Below, one piece after another: positions 25,631 through 38,641 of a stretch of DNA of 64,000 bases (position 1 is the stretch's first letter; each line of letters opens with the position of its first letter). Source of the DNA: Acanthaster planci (taxonomy: Eukaryota). The translations under genes were made by a program, and so were the position numbers. The DNA lies in assembly GCF_001949145.1 (NCBI RefSeq), contig NW_019091356.1, forward strand, positions 4,818,934-4,882,933, given 5' to 3'. Below the pieces are notes generated by a model, which saw only the letters and a list, made by a program, of their open reading frames with translations, had not been told where the DNA came from and made no database searches.

Positions 25631-26400
25631 CTCTTGTCCAAATGCCTCTACTTTTGTACTTGTAGAACCGAGATAATTCCTTCGACTTGATTAATCAGTA
25701 GTTAATGTAATCGAGTAAGAGTTTGGGGCTGAAAATTATCACGAGGAGCTACAGGATAGTTTAGAAACAAAGTACAATGTTACCATGGGCGATGGATTCC
25801 CACTGATTTACCCAACGCGTGGGTGACTCTAAGCAGAGCCTACGGTTTTGGAGGCCTTTAAATGTATAAAAACACATTTTATCGCATCCCTGTCAAGTTA
25901 ATCCCTGTTAATTGCCACTGACTGATTGGATCCAGCTCCGACACAGCGTTTGTCGATTCTGCCGAAAGACTGACACGGTATCCAGCGAAATGATCGATAC
26001 TATACGAGACACTTAGAAATTTGCTTGTCAAAAGAATTACATGTAGCAAAATGTTGAGAAGAATTATGTCAAGAATATATTCAAGTCCATATTGGAAACC
26101 GGGGTATGGCGTCCTTTGTCCCTTTGTATTCCTTTTCTTAAAAATAATCCTATATACTGTATATCCACCGCAGTGATGCTCAAAACTGAAGATTCATACC
26201 TCATGAAAACACCTACAAGGCACCATAGCGGTACTGCTGTTTTATTTTTCAACAAAAGAATAGAAATACTCATTAGATTGTCATCTTTAGTTCAAATTGG
26301 ACCTTAATTTGATATAGCCTACCTATTCCTTTTCATTGATATGAGATCTCAAAATAGTTCCTAAATCGCAGATTAATAAAAGAAATTTTCAATTAATTTC

Positions 26401-26579
26401 CAATACAGCAAATTTACATAATAGTATGCCTCCAAGACTTTGCAATGCGTTGGCCAATCACAATGCGCGAAATCTGTCGACCCAATGCGCGTTTGGAGAT
26501 GGTCGACAAATTTCCGCGTTGTGATTGGCCAACGCGTTACAAACTCTTGGAGGCGCACTATTGTGAATCGCTCGTATTG
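26401..26579. mobile_element. Palindromic MITE-like element (copy 2, opposite orientation to copy 1)
   Basis: caatac...gtattg termini; the central spacer is the reverse complement of the one in 8376-8551. Confidence 0.85.
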
Positions 26580-27440
26580 TGTACTGCCTTGTAGATTACT
26601 TGATAATTGCTAAAACATGTATTTTCCCTTATTTTTTTAAGAAATACTTTTGGTAGGGACTCTCTGCACCAGTGACTGATTTAGGTATTTGATTTTAGAA
26701 ACTAAAGTATAAAGAAGCAAATTTGCTTGATGGGCATTCACCGTGTAAAGCAGAACCTAAACACTACTCGGTAAGGTCTAAAAGATTTCTGATCAAATAC
26801 ATATACGTCATAATTGCTTTTATCGAGTTGCCAAACGATCATGTGGCGCTTTTACGACCCTTTAGGAAGTCGTTTATGATGTAGTGGCATGCTTCATTAC
26901 ATCATAAAACGGCGTCTTCCAATCAATTAAATCTGGCCATTAATGGTGCCAATGGACGTAAATCCCAGGGGGGATGGGGTACATACATGTGCATGTATCC
27001 CCTCCCCACTTTTTGACCGGGAGGAGTGGGCTACTCTTCCCCTAACTGTTCGTGGGGAGAAAAAAATTAAGGCGGATTGTGAAGAATTTTTCGAACCTCC
27101 CGAAAACAAACTGGAAATATATTCAGAAGCACTCAAAAAGGGAGAACAATTTAAAAAGCCATAAATATACCGTTCTGATGTAAGATTCCACAGGAACGTA
27201 CCGTAATATGTACATGTATTACAGATGTACAGCTGTGTCATGAACATCGCCTCCTGTTATAATAGTGTCATATGGATGTCAGGACGTCTCCCCCTCCCTC
27301 GCTTTTCAAATTTCGATGGCAGGGCAAGTCATCCCCCACAATTCCCCATCCCCACCCCCTCCCCATTTCTGGCACAAATTTACACCAATGTTTGCAAGTT
27401 ATCCCGACAGTTCAATCACTAAGTGCATTTTAAAGCATGA

Positions 27441-27846
27441 TTCAAACTAACCAGATCCATAATTATGATACGCGGCATGCCATAAGTTCACTATTTGTTC
27501 CAAAGTTTAATTCTGAATGTTTAAGACACAGCCCTTTGCTCACATTGACGTCAGTGTGAAATAATTTGGACCAATCCGTGAAATCGGTATCGTCGCGCGG
27601 CATTTTTAAACATTCTCTAAAATCAACTCTTCAACAATTTTTATGTTATTTTATGGGTTCAGATAAAATTTTAAGTTATATTTAGTTTTCAGTTTTGAAA
27701 TTCATTTCTAAATTTACTTAATTTGTTCACTGTACATGTGTTTTTTGTTTTTGTTTTTGTTTTCTTTAATGTATATGCCAGGGCCCTATGGGAGACCACC
27801 TTATGGTGAAAAGGTTACCCTGGATAAACATCAGAAATAAATAAAT
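27441..27846 (+). mobile_element. 3' end of a CR1/L2-group LINE (ORF2 C-terminus, 3'UTR, tail)
   Basis: Translates QIHNYDTRH...LFVPK...V*NNLDQSVKSVSSRGIFKHSLK (H.Y.TR, W.NL, FK..LK motif), then an AT-rich UTR, a cagggcc...ccctgg stem and an (AAAT)n tail. Confidence 0.72.
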
Positions 27847-30215
27847 ACCGCTTTGAAGTTCATTTCATATAAAAATAAAAATGGTTCAGAATATCTACTC
27901 AGCTACGTGTAAGTACTGTAGATAATGCACACTGCATACCGACGACGGTTACAATACACTTTGAGAAAATATACGCTGACAAGGTCCATAAAACAAGGTG
28001 CACTGACATTTTGAACAGTACCGTGTATATTACCTCTTAATCATCACTGTATTCTTCTTATATTGTTACTGACAGTTTTGGAAAAATTTAATTAATGTTT
28101 ACATGGTTGAATATGGTCACTTTGTAATTAATTTAACAAATAAAATGAGTACATTTGAAAGCCACAGTGCAACCCTGCGTGGTGTGTTTACGTATCTAAG
28201 TGCATGTGTCTGAAAGTCCTAGCTGTAATGAAGCCATCTGAGACTTTCAAAATTCAATTGACCTGCTTTCAGCTCCGATTGTACTGTGCAGCTTGTGTGT
28301 CATCGTCAACAACTTGGTCGCGCAGGGGAATGGAATACTTGGTCAAAGGAGTAAAATGAAACAAGCTTTCTAACATTTGCACACAGCAACATAGATCGAT
28401 GATACCTGTAAAATAATGTTTGTAAGTCCTATAGCTATTGTTACATGTATGTCTAAATTATTTAATCATCAGAATGATATTACTATGAAACCTGCCCTGC
28501 CTGCACGATACATAGAAGCAAAAGCAGAAAATTATCGGCTTCCCTACACAGCAATGTTCAGCCTAAGTTCGTTTCCAGTGCCTTTTTATACTTTATTAAG
28601 CTACGTTACGTAGTAACTAAGAATAAGTGAAACGGATCGAAGTTATCATGCCCTGTGCAAAGATGTCCGTGTAAAAGTAGTTTAACTCAAGAGAAATGAT
28701 GACACATTATTCAGTTTTGGTCGTATGTTGGGCTTGTTTGTTTGTCAGGATCATACATGTATGAATTTAAGCAAAGGACTGCATCCTGTCCACTTGAAAC
28801 TTTAAATGTGTTCCACCTTACCGTTCTTTGCATGCTCCATCCAGAGATGTTCAGATTTTTTTAAGTCAAGTAGCAGACTATACCCTCTAATTTCGTTATT
28901 ATGTTATTCGCTTATATTTCAGGTCACTTTCGCATCAGCGTACGCTGCTTTTACAACACAACTTTAAAAGTGGCGCACACAATAAAGAAATGGAATTTCC
29001 CCTTAATGTATGGCACCAAGTTGGTAATGGCTTCTAAAACAATACCTTAATTGGCAAATACCGGTTTACTGAATTGATGTATTCTTGGGAGTCGTTACCA
29101 GCAAACACTCTCGCAATCTCTGAGGGGTTCGTGAGGTGAAACGAACCGGGGCTCTGTGTTCGCAATCAATTGCCTAATGAAATTAGACTGTATGGTCGGA
29201 GTGCATGAGCATATTGTGATATCCAAGATTTTAAGTTTACATTTCGTTGTGAGATTATTAAAAAATATGATATCTGTTGTCTTTCAATGTCACAATTTCC
29301 AGTTGCCCCTTATCGTTTTCTTATAATGGTTCCATTTCAACTTAAATAACATGCTTAACAAAGAAATATTTCTTCAGAACCCATTTTACTGTTTAGGGGG
29401 TATTTCCCTTAATTCAAAAAAGTACTTCAGTACTTAAAAGACTTATGTTGTACATATTTTTGTCATTATATACTTTTTTGGTCATGTATTTTTGGTCAAT
29501 AAAATGCCATAGAATCAAATCATCGGTACGGATCCATGTTTGACGAGGAAAGCATATTCCGTGTTAGTTCTCATAAAACTAGGCCGTTTCATTCTCTACT
29601 TTTTTTAAAAAATTGGGGAAATAGTTTGTCTGATGTTTGCTTAATACCTGCAGTTCTCATTGCTGAAGCACAACGAGCTATACATGCAACTCTAGGCTAT
29701 TTTAATATTACATGTATATTTGGCCTATTGTTCATGTTCATTTCGCCAAGGAATTCATTTGACCGTACACATAATTAGATCATTGTCCTCCACAGGATCA
29801 TCTGACCCCGCTAGTTCCTATGAATGATGAATACACACAGAACAAAATCAATCTGTTAATGACTCAATATATCCTCGTTCAATAATTAATCCCAACGGTA
29901 ACTTCTTCCACAGATGAAGGACTGAGGACTGTTAGGGTTAAGTGTGTAATACATAAGCTTTCCCTTTCAAGGGGACTGGGAGATGATTTATAGATGGGAG
30001 AATGACAGAAAGTAAATTGCATGCTCATTGCTAGGTAGCTTACGTACAACACATGATGGTTTCCCAATAAATGCATATGTTAAAGGGACAGAGACAAATG
30101 ACAGGTTTTAAAACTTGCAGTGCAGTCGGTAAAACGATTCATCATTTTGCCTTAATACATCCTCATTCAATAATTAAAGGGTAAGTGCAATGTACCTGTT
30201 AAGAAAACCTGTTAA

Positions 30216-30900
30216 TTAACCCTCCGCTGCACAGGACCGATTTGTTCATGTTAATGCTCGAACGCTGTCACATGAGTATCAGCTGAATTCACTGCACAGA
30301 GCCTACTTTTTACACCCATTGCACCAAGGTGATCGTTTTGAGATCACTTCCGTTATAACCACAAAAATGTGACACCCCCAACACAATGAAACTACTCAGA
30401 CAGCTGTCTATACAGCTCAGAGACACATAAGAGAGACCGACCACTGATATAAGACAGGCCCAGGCTTTCCAAGGCTTGCCCAGGCACTTTCTTTGTCAAT
30501 AACCCCTTATCAGCATGTGGTTTAGATATTTACATACAATCCCCATGGGACGTGGCTGGAGGCGGGCTCTGGAAAAGAATGAAGCAGCTCAGGGGAAGTC
30601 CCCATGTTAAAGGTAACTAAACTAGGCTGTTCAGCATCTACAGAAATGCAAATTAACAGGGTTTTTTTGCATTTGGCCGAATTATTTTGTTTAATTACGT
30701 AATTACAAAAGAGGGGATCATCATAGTAGCCATTCTGATCTGCGCAAAATACACCTTTGTGTCTCAGATAACTACATTTTTAAGGGCTATTTTGCTGGCT
30801 TTGTACACGCTAATAAATATTTCCATTTTTGTGAGCGTATAATGCGGTGTTATCCCAGAAACTCAGCCTCATGTTGTCGGGGTTTGTGCACTATTTTTTA
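30216..30900. mobile_element. Possible piggyBac-like non-autonomous fragment
   Basis: Begins TTAA-CCCT (30216-30223), like a piggyBac target plus terminus; no matching right terminus found. Confidence 0.3.
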
Positions 30901-30974
30901 GAGTTTCTTTTTTTGTGGAGATATATCGTTGTACAACTACACATACACAGTCATAAGCCAACAGGTACATTCAC

Positions 30975-31892
30975 ACACAGAGATTGATTGCTGATACTGA
31001 GCAGATCCAAAGACGGGCGACAAGAATTCTTCTCCGGCAGAGGAGAATGGAGATGCCATACTTTGATAGACTTTAACAGTTGAACTGTTGTTCTCTATAG
31101 TCCCATTGGGACTGTCTACTGGTGTCTTTCCGTTGCTAAAGCTTTGTATCGTGACGTTTCATGCAGTTCCGTGGTAGAACATATTCATATCAACTCCCGG
31201 CATATTGATGATTTAAGATTTTCTCATCTTGTAGCTAGAAACAATTGCTTACATCACAATCCAATCCATGTATTCCCTCGTTTATGGGAGACACTCCCCA
31301 AAACCCTTCTAACTGCTTTATCGATGGGTTCTCTCTAACAGTTCTTAATTAAGTTTGCTTAAATTGTGGCGTAAACTAAATTAACACTGTTTAAAATTTC
31401 CCAATTTGCTGTCTATACTGGATGAGTGTCATACATCATTGATTTATCTGTTCCAATTAATTAGAGATTTTCCATCCACAATCTGTTCCTTGGTTCTAAT
31501 TGTTAATTAGCACCGTGTCTCTATTGTCTATACCTTATACCAGTTGAACCTGGCTCGTCCGATGCTCAGTCACATTTTCTTTCTTTCTTTCAACCTTCAT
31601 TTTTATGTCTTTACCTGGATTTTTGGTCCAGCTTTATAAAACATACTTGCCCAATTAATGATTATGATGTGTTTTTACTCTTTATTTTTCTTCTCAAATA
31701 TAATGTTAACCCTTTTTTCTGTATGCTATTTTCTGGTCTTACTTTTTATCTTTGTCTTTTACTTGTTGTTTGAGGCTATTTGCCTTTTGGCAATGGTGAT
31801 TACGTTCACTTTCTTAGCTCCGGTCATCTTGTCTAGATTTGTGCATTTTTATTTGGTCCGATGTGATGATGACGAATAAAATAATAATAATA
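30975..31892 (+). mobile_element. 3'-terminal CR1-group LINE fragment
   Basis: Translates LIADTEQIQRRATRILL...MPYFDRL*QLN..SL (the E.IQRRAT...Y..RL..L motif), then FPRLWETLP, a pyrimidine-rich UTR and an aataaa(ata)n tail at ~31875-31892. Confidence 0.78.
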
Positions 31893-34185
31893 CTAACAAT
31901 AACAGGCAACCGTGCTTTCAGTGAATAAGTCTGGGCCTACAGTTTGAACAGAAAAACCTATGTCTTCCCTAAAACATCACAACATCGCCCTCAGCCAGGA
32001 AAAAAAATGGCCAATTTAATAATTGCACTTATCACTTAATTTTATCAAAAGGGATGACAACTAATTTCCATATGGGCCTACGATGAAGACGGGTATAAAC
32101 TGGAAGAAATAAATTATCCATATAATTATTATATTTTTTCCTGCTACACAATAAGGTAAGCATTCCCTGTCAAGGGGACTAGGAGGTGATTTATTGTTAC
32201 AAGCATGACGGAAAGTGCTCAGTGTGCTCATTCCTATGTACATGTACATGTATGTACTACTTGAAGCAATACATGAAATAAGTGATGGTGTTATACATGT
32301 AGGACATAATAATAATAGGACCAAAAAGTGACTGAGTGCAGTGCTGTCAGTAACACAATGCGTAACTCAGAACTGCAGTTCATTTTAGATTGCAAGGAGA
32401 ATTACTACAATATTAAAAAGCCTAGATATAGGCCCTTGGTCTGTTATGAAAATACTTCAAGTTTAGTCAAAATCATATATACCTCTACAATACACAAACC
32501 CAGTTCGCCGTCTAGATCTGAGGTCGTGTGTGACGCCGTGACGTTGAGCGTTCGTATGTTTTCACGAAGCAAGCAAAAAGACTTCGGCACTCACAGTAAC
32601 TCAGCCATGAAACAGTCGTCGTGGAGCAAGCGTGAAAGGTTTATGGTGTATATTTGAAGATTCTCGAGGTCGGAGGTTGTTCCATTTATTGCACTCACGT
32701 CTGGGCAAAGGGGCAACTCTCCATTCATTTTGTACAGGGATTTGCATGTTTTCCTCTTTTTTGGCGACAACATGATGGAAACACCTAAAGCTTTTCAGTA
32801 CAGTGTGGGAAATGTTTATAACGCATAAATAGTGAAATTTCACCCACATTTTTGCCCCTTTGAGTTTTGAGTGTGAAAGATGGAATAGCCATCAATTGAC
32901 CAATCAGAGTGAAGAATCAAGAGTCAGTGACATCATCACGAACTTGAGAATTGTACAAAGCCAGAGTTGCCAAGAAATGCCCCTTTATTCTGGTTCTGAA
33001 AATTAATTATATTTACACCTTACGTGATGAGTGTTTGCTCCATTGACCTTGTGTGTGTTAACTTGATCATCATTCCTTCCTCCATGACTTAAAATGCTTG
33101 ATGCAGGAACTTAAGCAAACATTATTCAGATCGGAAATATTAGCCTGAAAAATGCCCGAAAAGGACAAACCTCCCATTTTGATACAGATGTTTTCCAGCT
33201 CTGTGTTAATTGTGGCGATTCTCCCTATGTCATAAGCGCACAGCACTGGATATCTCTAGCTACTCTGTCCTCTGACCATGCTCGGACCCCTTGACCTTGT
33301 TTCGTATAATACATGTAATTTTAATCGATCAACTGGCACTGATTTTGCAACATGTCCGAAACTCATGGGCAAGTTCGAGCGACATTTGCCAACCACTACT
33401 CACTAGTCAATTATGTTACATATTTTGTGCACAAGTTCCTCGACCTTATCCCAGTGTTGCACGTCAAAAAAACAAGGATATCATCGCCAGTCACGCCATA
33501 CATACACCTCAGTCTCTGACGAGACCTAACTGAACTTAATAAGAGGCCTAACACCATAGGAAAAAGTTAGACGTTCATGAAAGCCTACCTTTGCATTCGC
33601 AGTTTAATCCGGTTTCATCCCATTCTGGTCCCTCCAGAATACAGCAGGAAGCGTGGAAAGACTCAGTAGACATTTCACAAAATATGAACCGCGTCCTTCA
33701 CGCCCATTGTCCAAAGAAAATTTAGCACACGTGTACTCAAAAGTTTGCGCCATTTTGTTTCGTAAAGCGAGCGCCCTCATTCGTTAACTAGTTCTGGTCG
33801 CCGTATATTGATCCTCAAATTCGAGCTCAGCTGGTGTTCCAAGGAAAAGAGTCTGACTAATTGTTGCTACTAGTTCCAGCTAGAGATGAGAGCAGATTAT
33901 CACTTTGACACTGAAGTTTGCATCACAATCCACGTTCGCTTCAGCTTTGCTTAAGTAAGTGTTACAGCTTTGGTGTTCATGATGACTACGTGACAGAAAT
34001 TTATGAACAGTTGCGCTTAAGTCAAGGACAAAGACAAACCGTATGAAAATATTTTGATGGCAAAGAAGCCTGATGAGTTTTGAGGGCGCGCCCAGCTTAC
34101 CCCTGTCCACGTTTGATCGTTCTGCCCCCCCCCACTTCCCTGGCCCCAACATTGGTTTATCTGGAAACTACTTTCTTCTGCAGTG

Positions 34186-34482
34186 TGTCAACTACAGCAT
34201 CAGCCCATGGTCCCAACTGCATGTAGTAGGGACTGTCCCAACTATAGTTGGGACTGTCCTAACTATTCAGTGCTATATATAGTTGGCCCAGCCCAACTAT
34301 AACACAGAGGTCCAGTGTGGATGTGCCCAGGATATGCCAAAGTCATATTGTTTACAATGTCATAAAGTTGAGAAATTTTCTACAGAAATTGGTCAACAAT
34401 AGTTGGGCCAGCCCAACTGCAGCTGCACTATAGTTTGGACGGTCCCAGCTACACGTACAGTTGGGACAGATACTATAGTTGG
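34186..34482. mobile_element. MITE-like inverted-repeat element built from cccaactatagttggg subrepeats; partial copy at ~34980-35080
   Basis: Repeated palindromic gtcccaactatagttgggac and atagttgg...cccaact units, arranged symmetrically. Confidence 0.6.
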
Positions 34483-35183
34483 AGCGTAACGGTACTAATG
34501 GGAAAGACTTCGGTATACAGTTTTCACTTGACACCCCATGCACAATCCCTATGAGACTGGTCTGAAAACTTCCTCAGTAAACGACTCAGAAAATGGTATT
34601 TTCCGTCCTAAATTGAACTTTTCTGGGTATGGTTTTGCTTTCCGATGGCAAATACATGTAGGTCACTGTAGGGAATAATTACTGGAGTCTGTATATGAAA
34701 CTCTTCCCGTACTAATGATCCTAAGGGAAAGAATTCCATATATGAACGCTGCTTTAAATTTACGCCATGCACAAACCCTGTGATGGTAGGCATGCTAGGC
34801 TGAAGTATTTTCCCAGACTTACTGTGGCCCAGGCTACCTAAATATTTTCACTGTTAAATTTGATTTTTACAGAGGATGTTGTCTCTGCAAGGGAAATTTG
34901 TGGAAATCTTTCAAATACGAAGCACTGGGCTTTCATAATTATTTAAATGAATTGTGTCAGGTGTGATTTAAGCTGCATAATGCCATAAACTTGAAGAAGG
35001 TTGAGGAATTTTCTACTGAAATTTTGCCAACTGTACATGGATAGTTGGGCAATCCCAACTATAGCACTACGCAATAGTTGATACTGTGACGCCAGAACAC
35101 GTGAAAACGTTTTGATGGAACAAAAAACTGATACAGAGCAATGAGGTGGTATTTCTCTCCTTTCCTCGGTGCAGATCATCACT

Positions 35184-38100
35184 ATGGACAGGGTAGCCTT
35201 ATCAGGTGGTGATTTGATGGTGTCGCCAATATGCGTTGGTGCGTGGCAGTTCAACGGTGGCAAAGCAGATGAGACCTGGCCAGCTCAGGATGAAACTGTA
35301 AATTCGTGTTTTTCTCAGTCTAAATGTAGACTAAAGATTACAACGCTGAAACTTCAGTCGAGCCCTTATTTCACATAAAGTCTGTTAATCCTAATTAGTC
35401 CTGACTCCTTTCTTTTGAGTACAGTTGTTTACATAACTTGTAGGAATAGAATTAACAGAACAAGAATAGAAAATGAACATTTGATCCTGTTATGCTCAAT
35501 TTTCATTTTTCTTGCTTTGACTTTAACATTTTGTGAGAACGGAACAACATGTTACAGTGATTTTCATCACTTGACATTTACAGGTTTCCAAGGCAATAGT
35601 GGACAAAGCTCTTGAGCTTGGTGTTAACTTCTTTGACACTGCTGAGGTGAGACTCAAGAAAGTGCAAAAGAACTTTTTCAGTGACAACAGTACGCTGAAA
35701 TTTAATCTGAGCTCATAGGGGAAAACTCTTGTTCCTAGCCCCTTTTACTTTCATTTCTAGCCCCTTTTACTTTCATTTCTAGCCCCTTGTACTCTCATTC
35801 TAGCCCTTTTTCTCAAGAAAAATCAACGAACTGATAACACTTTAAGTAAATGCTGAATGAAGGATGTGAAAAGTCAAGGATTTTATTAGTGGAATCAGTC
35901 ACTTCAGCATCACTGTAAATGTTGGTGAACTATTGAGTTATTTGCTTCATAGGCTTATGGTGATCACAATTCAGAGAGAGTTCTCTCCCGATGTCTTGCT
36001 GGACGAAGACAAGATGTCATCATTGCTTCCAAGTTTGGACGTCATGTAAGGGGCAGTGTTAAAGAATACACTGCCATTGATATTGAACAGGTAATGGCTA
36101 TGTACATAGCCACTCTTAAAGAAAATGTCCCATGCATCTAACAATTTTATTCTATTTATATCTGATCATCCAACACCGCATTTAGGGCCAATTACAGGAT
36201 GATAGAAGACAATGAAGAAATGTTTAGTTTTTGAGGTGGGAGGAAAACCCCAGATAAATGTTTCAGGGAATACCCATTGACTCAGGTAGGAACTGAAAAC
36301 CCAAACCACAGGTGGACATAGCAGGATTGGAACCCAGGCCCCCAGAGGTGGAAGGTGAGGAAAGAAAACCTTCACCAACCTGACTCCCGAATTCCTTGCT
36401 TCCGTCTCATACCATACTGACTCATAATATTCACAGAACATCATTCCTCTTTTTTGTTTACATCTTGGTCTGTTTTTTATTTAACACAGTTTTCTGTTCT
36501 TTCCATTCCAGGCCCTCACTGCTAGTCTCCAGGCATTGCAGACAGACTACATAGATATTTATCAGGTGAAATCTTTTTTTGTGATATTTGAATTCCTCAT
36601 AAAGGGATTCCACCTGTATAAAAAAATGAGTTCAGAAGAAAGACAATAATTGTTTATGATTTTTTTTTGTTTATGTAGGTTCATTGGTCAGTGAATATGA
36701 AGGATACCACTGAAACCGTAGCTGAGTTGGACCGGCAGAAGTCACTGGGTCGTATCAGGCATTATGGCATCTGTAACTTTGGCTCGTCAAGCATTGATAA
36801 GTTCTTGACAGCTGGTGGAAGGCCATGTTCTTTGCAGGTATCGTGGCAGATATGTTTCAGCCATTCTCAATGTAATGTTTTTGTGTTCTAGTGAAATGCT
36901 TCTTTGTTTCTGTAGTCACATGTATTAATAATGTTGCTAGTATCTATTGGCTTATCAAAGAACGCCATCATAGGCCCCAATTTTGCATTAGTTCTTTTTA
37001 AATGACAGAATTATAGCATTTTAAACATCAGTTTCATTGATTTCACTATTCAAAACCTGTCAAGGTCCCCTATAACTTACTGTGGCGAGCTGTCGAGTTC
37101 AACATCCTGCAAACCAGCCACCAGCATGGTCTGTCAGTCCTTGCTTACTCTCCTCTCCAACAAGGTCTATTGACAGGCAGGTTCCATAATGCCTCAGAGG
37201 TACCAGAGGGGCGAAGGAGGACACGTCATTTCAGCAAGGATAGCACCAACCTGTCAAGACATGAACAGAAAGGTGCAGAGGCTGAGACTTTTAAGGTTTG
37301 TTGGACAAGAGATAACAAGACAGAGTTTCCAGGGACCTAGTAACATGTTTCTACAGGTTAATACACTTTAATAGACTTTGAAAGAAAATAAAACTTTCTT
37401 TATATGGACCTTCTAAAGGCATAAAGGAGAAAGTGTGTGAGAAGAGGTGTTTAAAAGATCCAGGAAATTAATTTTTCATAGAATTGCTTTCTGTGTTCTT
37501 TCTGTACTCTTCTTCCACGTATGAAGACTGTTTGACATCTTTTTTGAGTTACATAACTGAAGAGTACACTTTTTCAAACATTGAAAAATTGACCAAGCAT
37601 TTCTGGACAAGTGAGGGCGCTTTTGCTTCGATGTAAATCCAGGAAGACATGGTTCGGGTTGTATGTTTTCATGTTCAAAGTGTGAACCCCAAATTTGCTA
37701 TCTGGGAACATTTCTGTGAAAAGGATTTTGGCTGGATTATTGTCATATACTTATATAGCAATAAATTGCCAAAGAAAATGAAGTCTGCCATAGCAGTGGT
37801 TAAAAAAATCTAGAAATTTTCTCTGCACAAATCAGTGCAACATTGAGATTCAGTGCCTTGGATGACATCATAGTTCTACTCATGAATATGCAAATATGCA
37901 TGAGCACAAAAACCAAAAAAATGTTAAAATATGGGTTAAAATTGTAAAACAAAAGTTTAAAATGAGGTTAATTGACACCCTAAAGATGCAATGTCAAGGG
38001 TTTTGGGTAAAGTTTATAAAAATATTTCCATTTCCTGGTTCCTTTAATATTTGACATTTGAATTTCCTGCATTTGTTGCATTAGGCCATAAGTGACATTC

Positions 38101-38641
38101 GCAATTTGTGTGACAAGGAGAACATTCCCATGTCATCAGCCGCCCTGTCCTGGATCTTAGCACAAGAGGGCGTTGCATCAGTTATCGTTGGCTGTAGGAC
38201 TCCACAACAGCTAGAGGACAATTGCAAACTCGTCAACCTGTCACAGGTAATTTGGTGTAGGCCCTTCCTTCTAAGATGTTCCTTGTATAGTGAACAGTTT
38301 CCAGGGAAATAGTCAGGTATTTTCAGTAATGCTGGAAATGTCGGGCAAATATTTGATAGTGACAATTATAAAAAAGAGCAGTACAAATAATATACTGAAT
38401 ATTCAGTTCATTTTCTTCGCACTATAAAAATGGCATTAATATTGCATTGTCTTTTCAAAGAGACTACTCTGTAGAGTGCACCTTATGGGAAGATGTTCTT
38501 TTCTTTGAGTAATTCTGCAATTCTGCTGTCTTTTCTTTTTTCCAGAATGTGGTGAAGAGACTCTCGGATTGTACAAGTGCCTTGAAAGAAATACTTGGTG
38601 ACAACCCGGACATGTGGGCCAAAAACTCCAGATATAAATAA
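35184..38641 (+). CDS. Aldo-keto reductase (~338 aa), IolS/YccK/YdjG-like type; exons 35184-35297, 35584-35646, 35953-36090, 36512-36565, 36679-36837, 37065-37295, 38085-38246, 38546-38641
   Basis: AKR motifs: G.WQF, GVNFFDTAEAYG (catalytic D, Y), IASKFG (K), SLQALQTDYIDIYQVHW (H), GICNF, Q.PYNLLWR, AYSPLQQGLLTG, IVGCRTPQQLEDN. All GT-AG and in frame (1017 nt). A likely non-coding first exon ends at the donor at 33955, with acceptor at 35174. Confidence 0.93.
35735..35810. repeat. 22-bp minisatellite (~3.4 copies) in an AKR intron
   Basis: Unit ctagccccttttactttcattt. Confidence 0.9.
36215..36389 (-). mobile_element. tRNA-derived SINE
   Basis: Minus strand: gggagtcaggttggtgaagg (A-box-like), ggttccaatcc (B-box-like), then a ttttcctcccac core as in V-/Meta-type SINEs. 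Confidence 0.65.

Larger units (their letters stand above)
29950..32360. repeat. Diverged ~200-bp direct duplication (29950-30140 and 32150-32360) separated by TE debris
   Basis: Shared blocks taagc.ttccct.tcaaggggact.ggag.tgattta, atgac.gaaagt, tgctcatt and tgcagtgc.gtc.gtaa. Confidence 0.7.

Noticed and set aside
29959..29975. 6-bp stem / 4-nt loop resembling a histone stem-loop
   Set aside because: The stem deviates from the GGYYYT-TTTH-ARRRCC consensus and there is no histone gene.
32904..32940. Minus-strand C box (GTGATGA) and D box (CTGA) as a snoRNA
   Set aside because: Only ~36 nt between the boxes and no terminal stem.
36215..36389. tRNA gene
   Set aside because: Degenerate A/B boxes without a cloverleaf; better explained as a SINE head (likewise 61150-61340).
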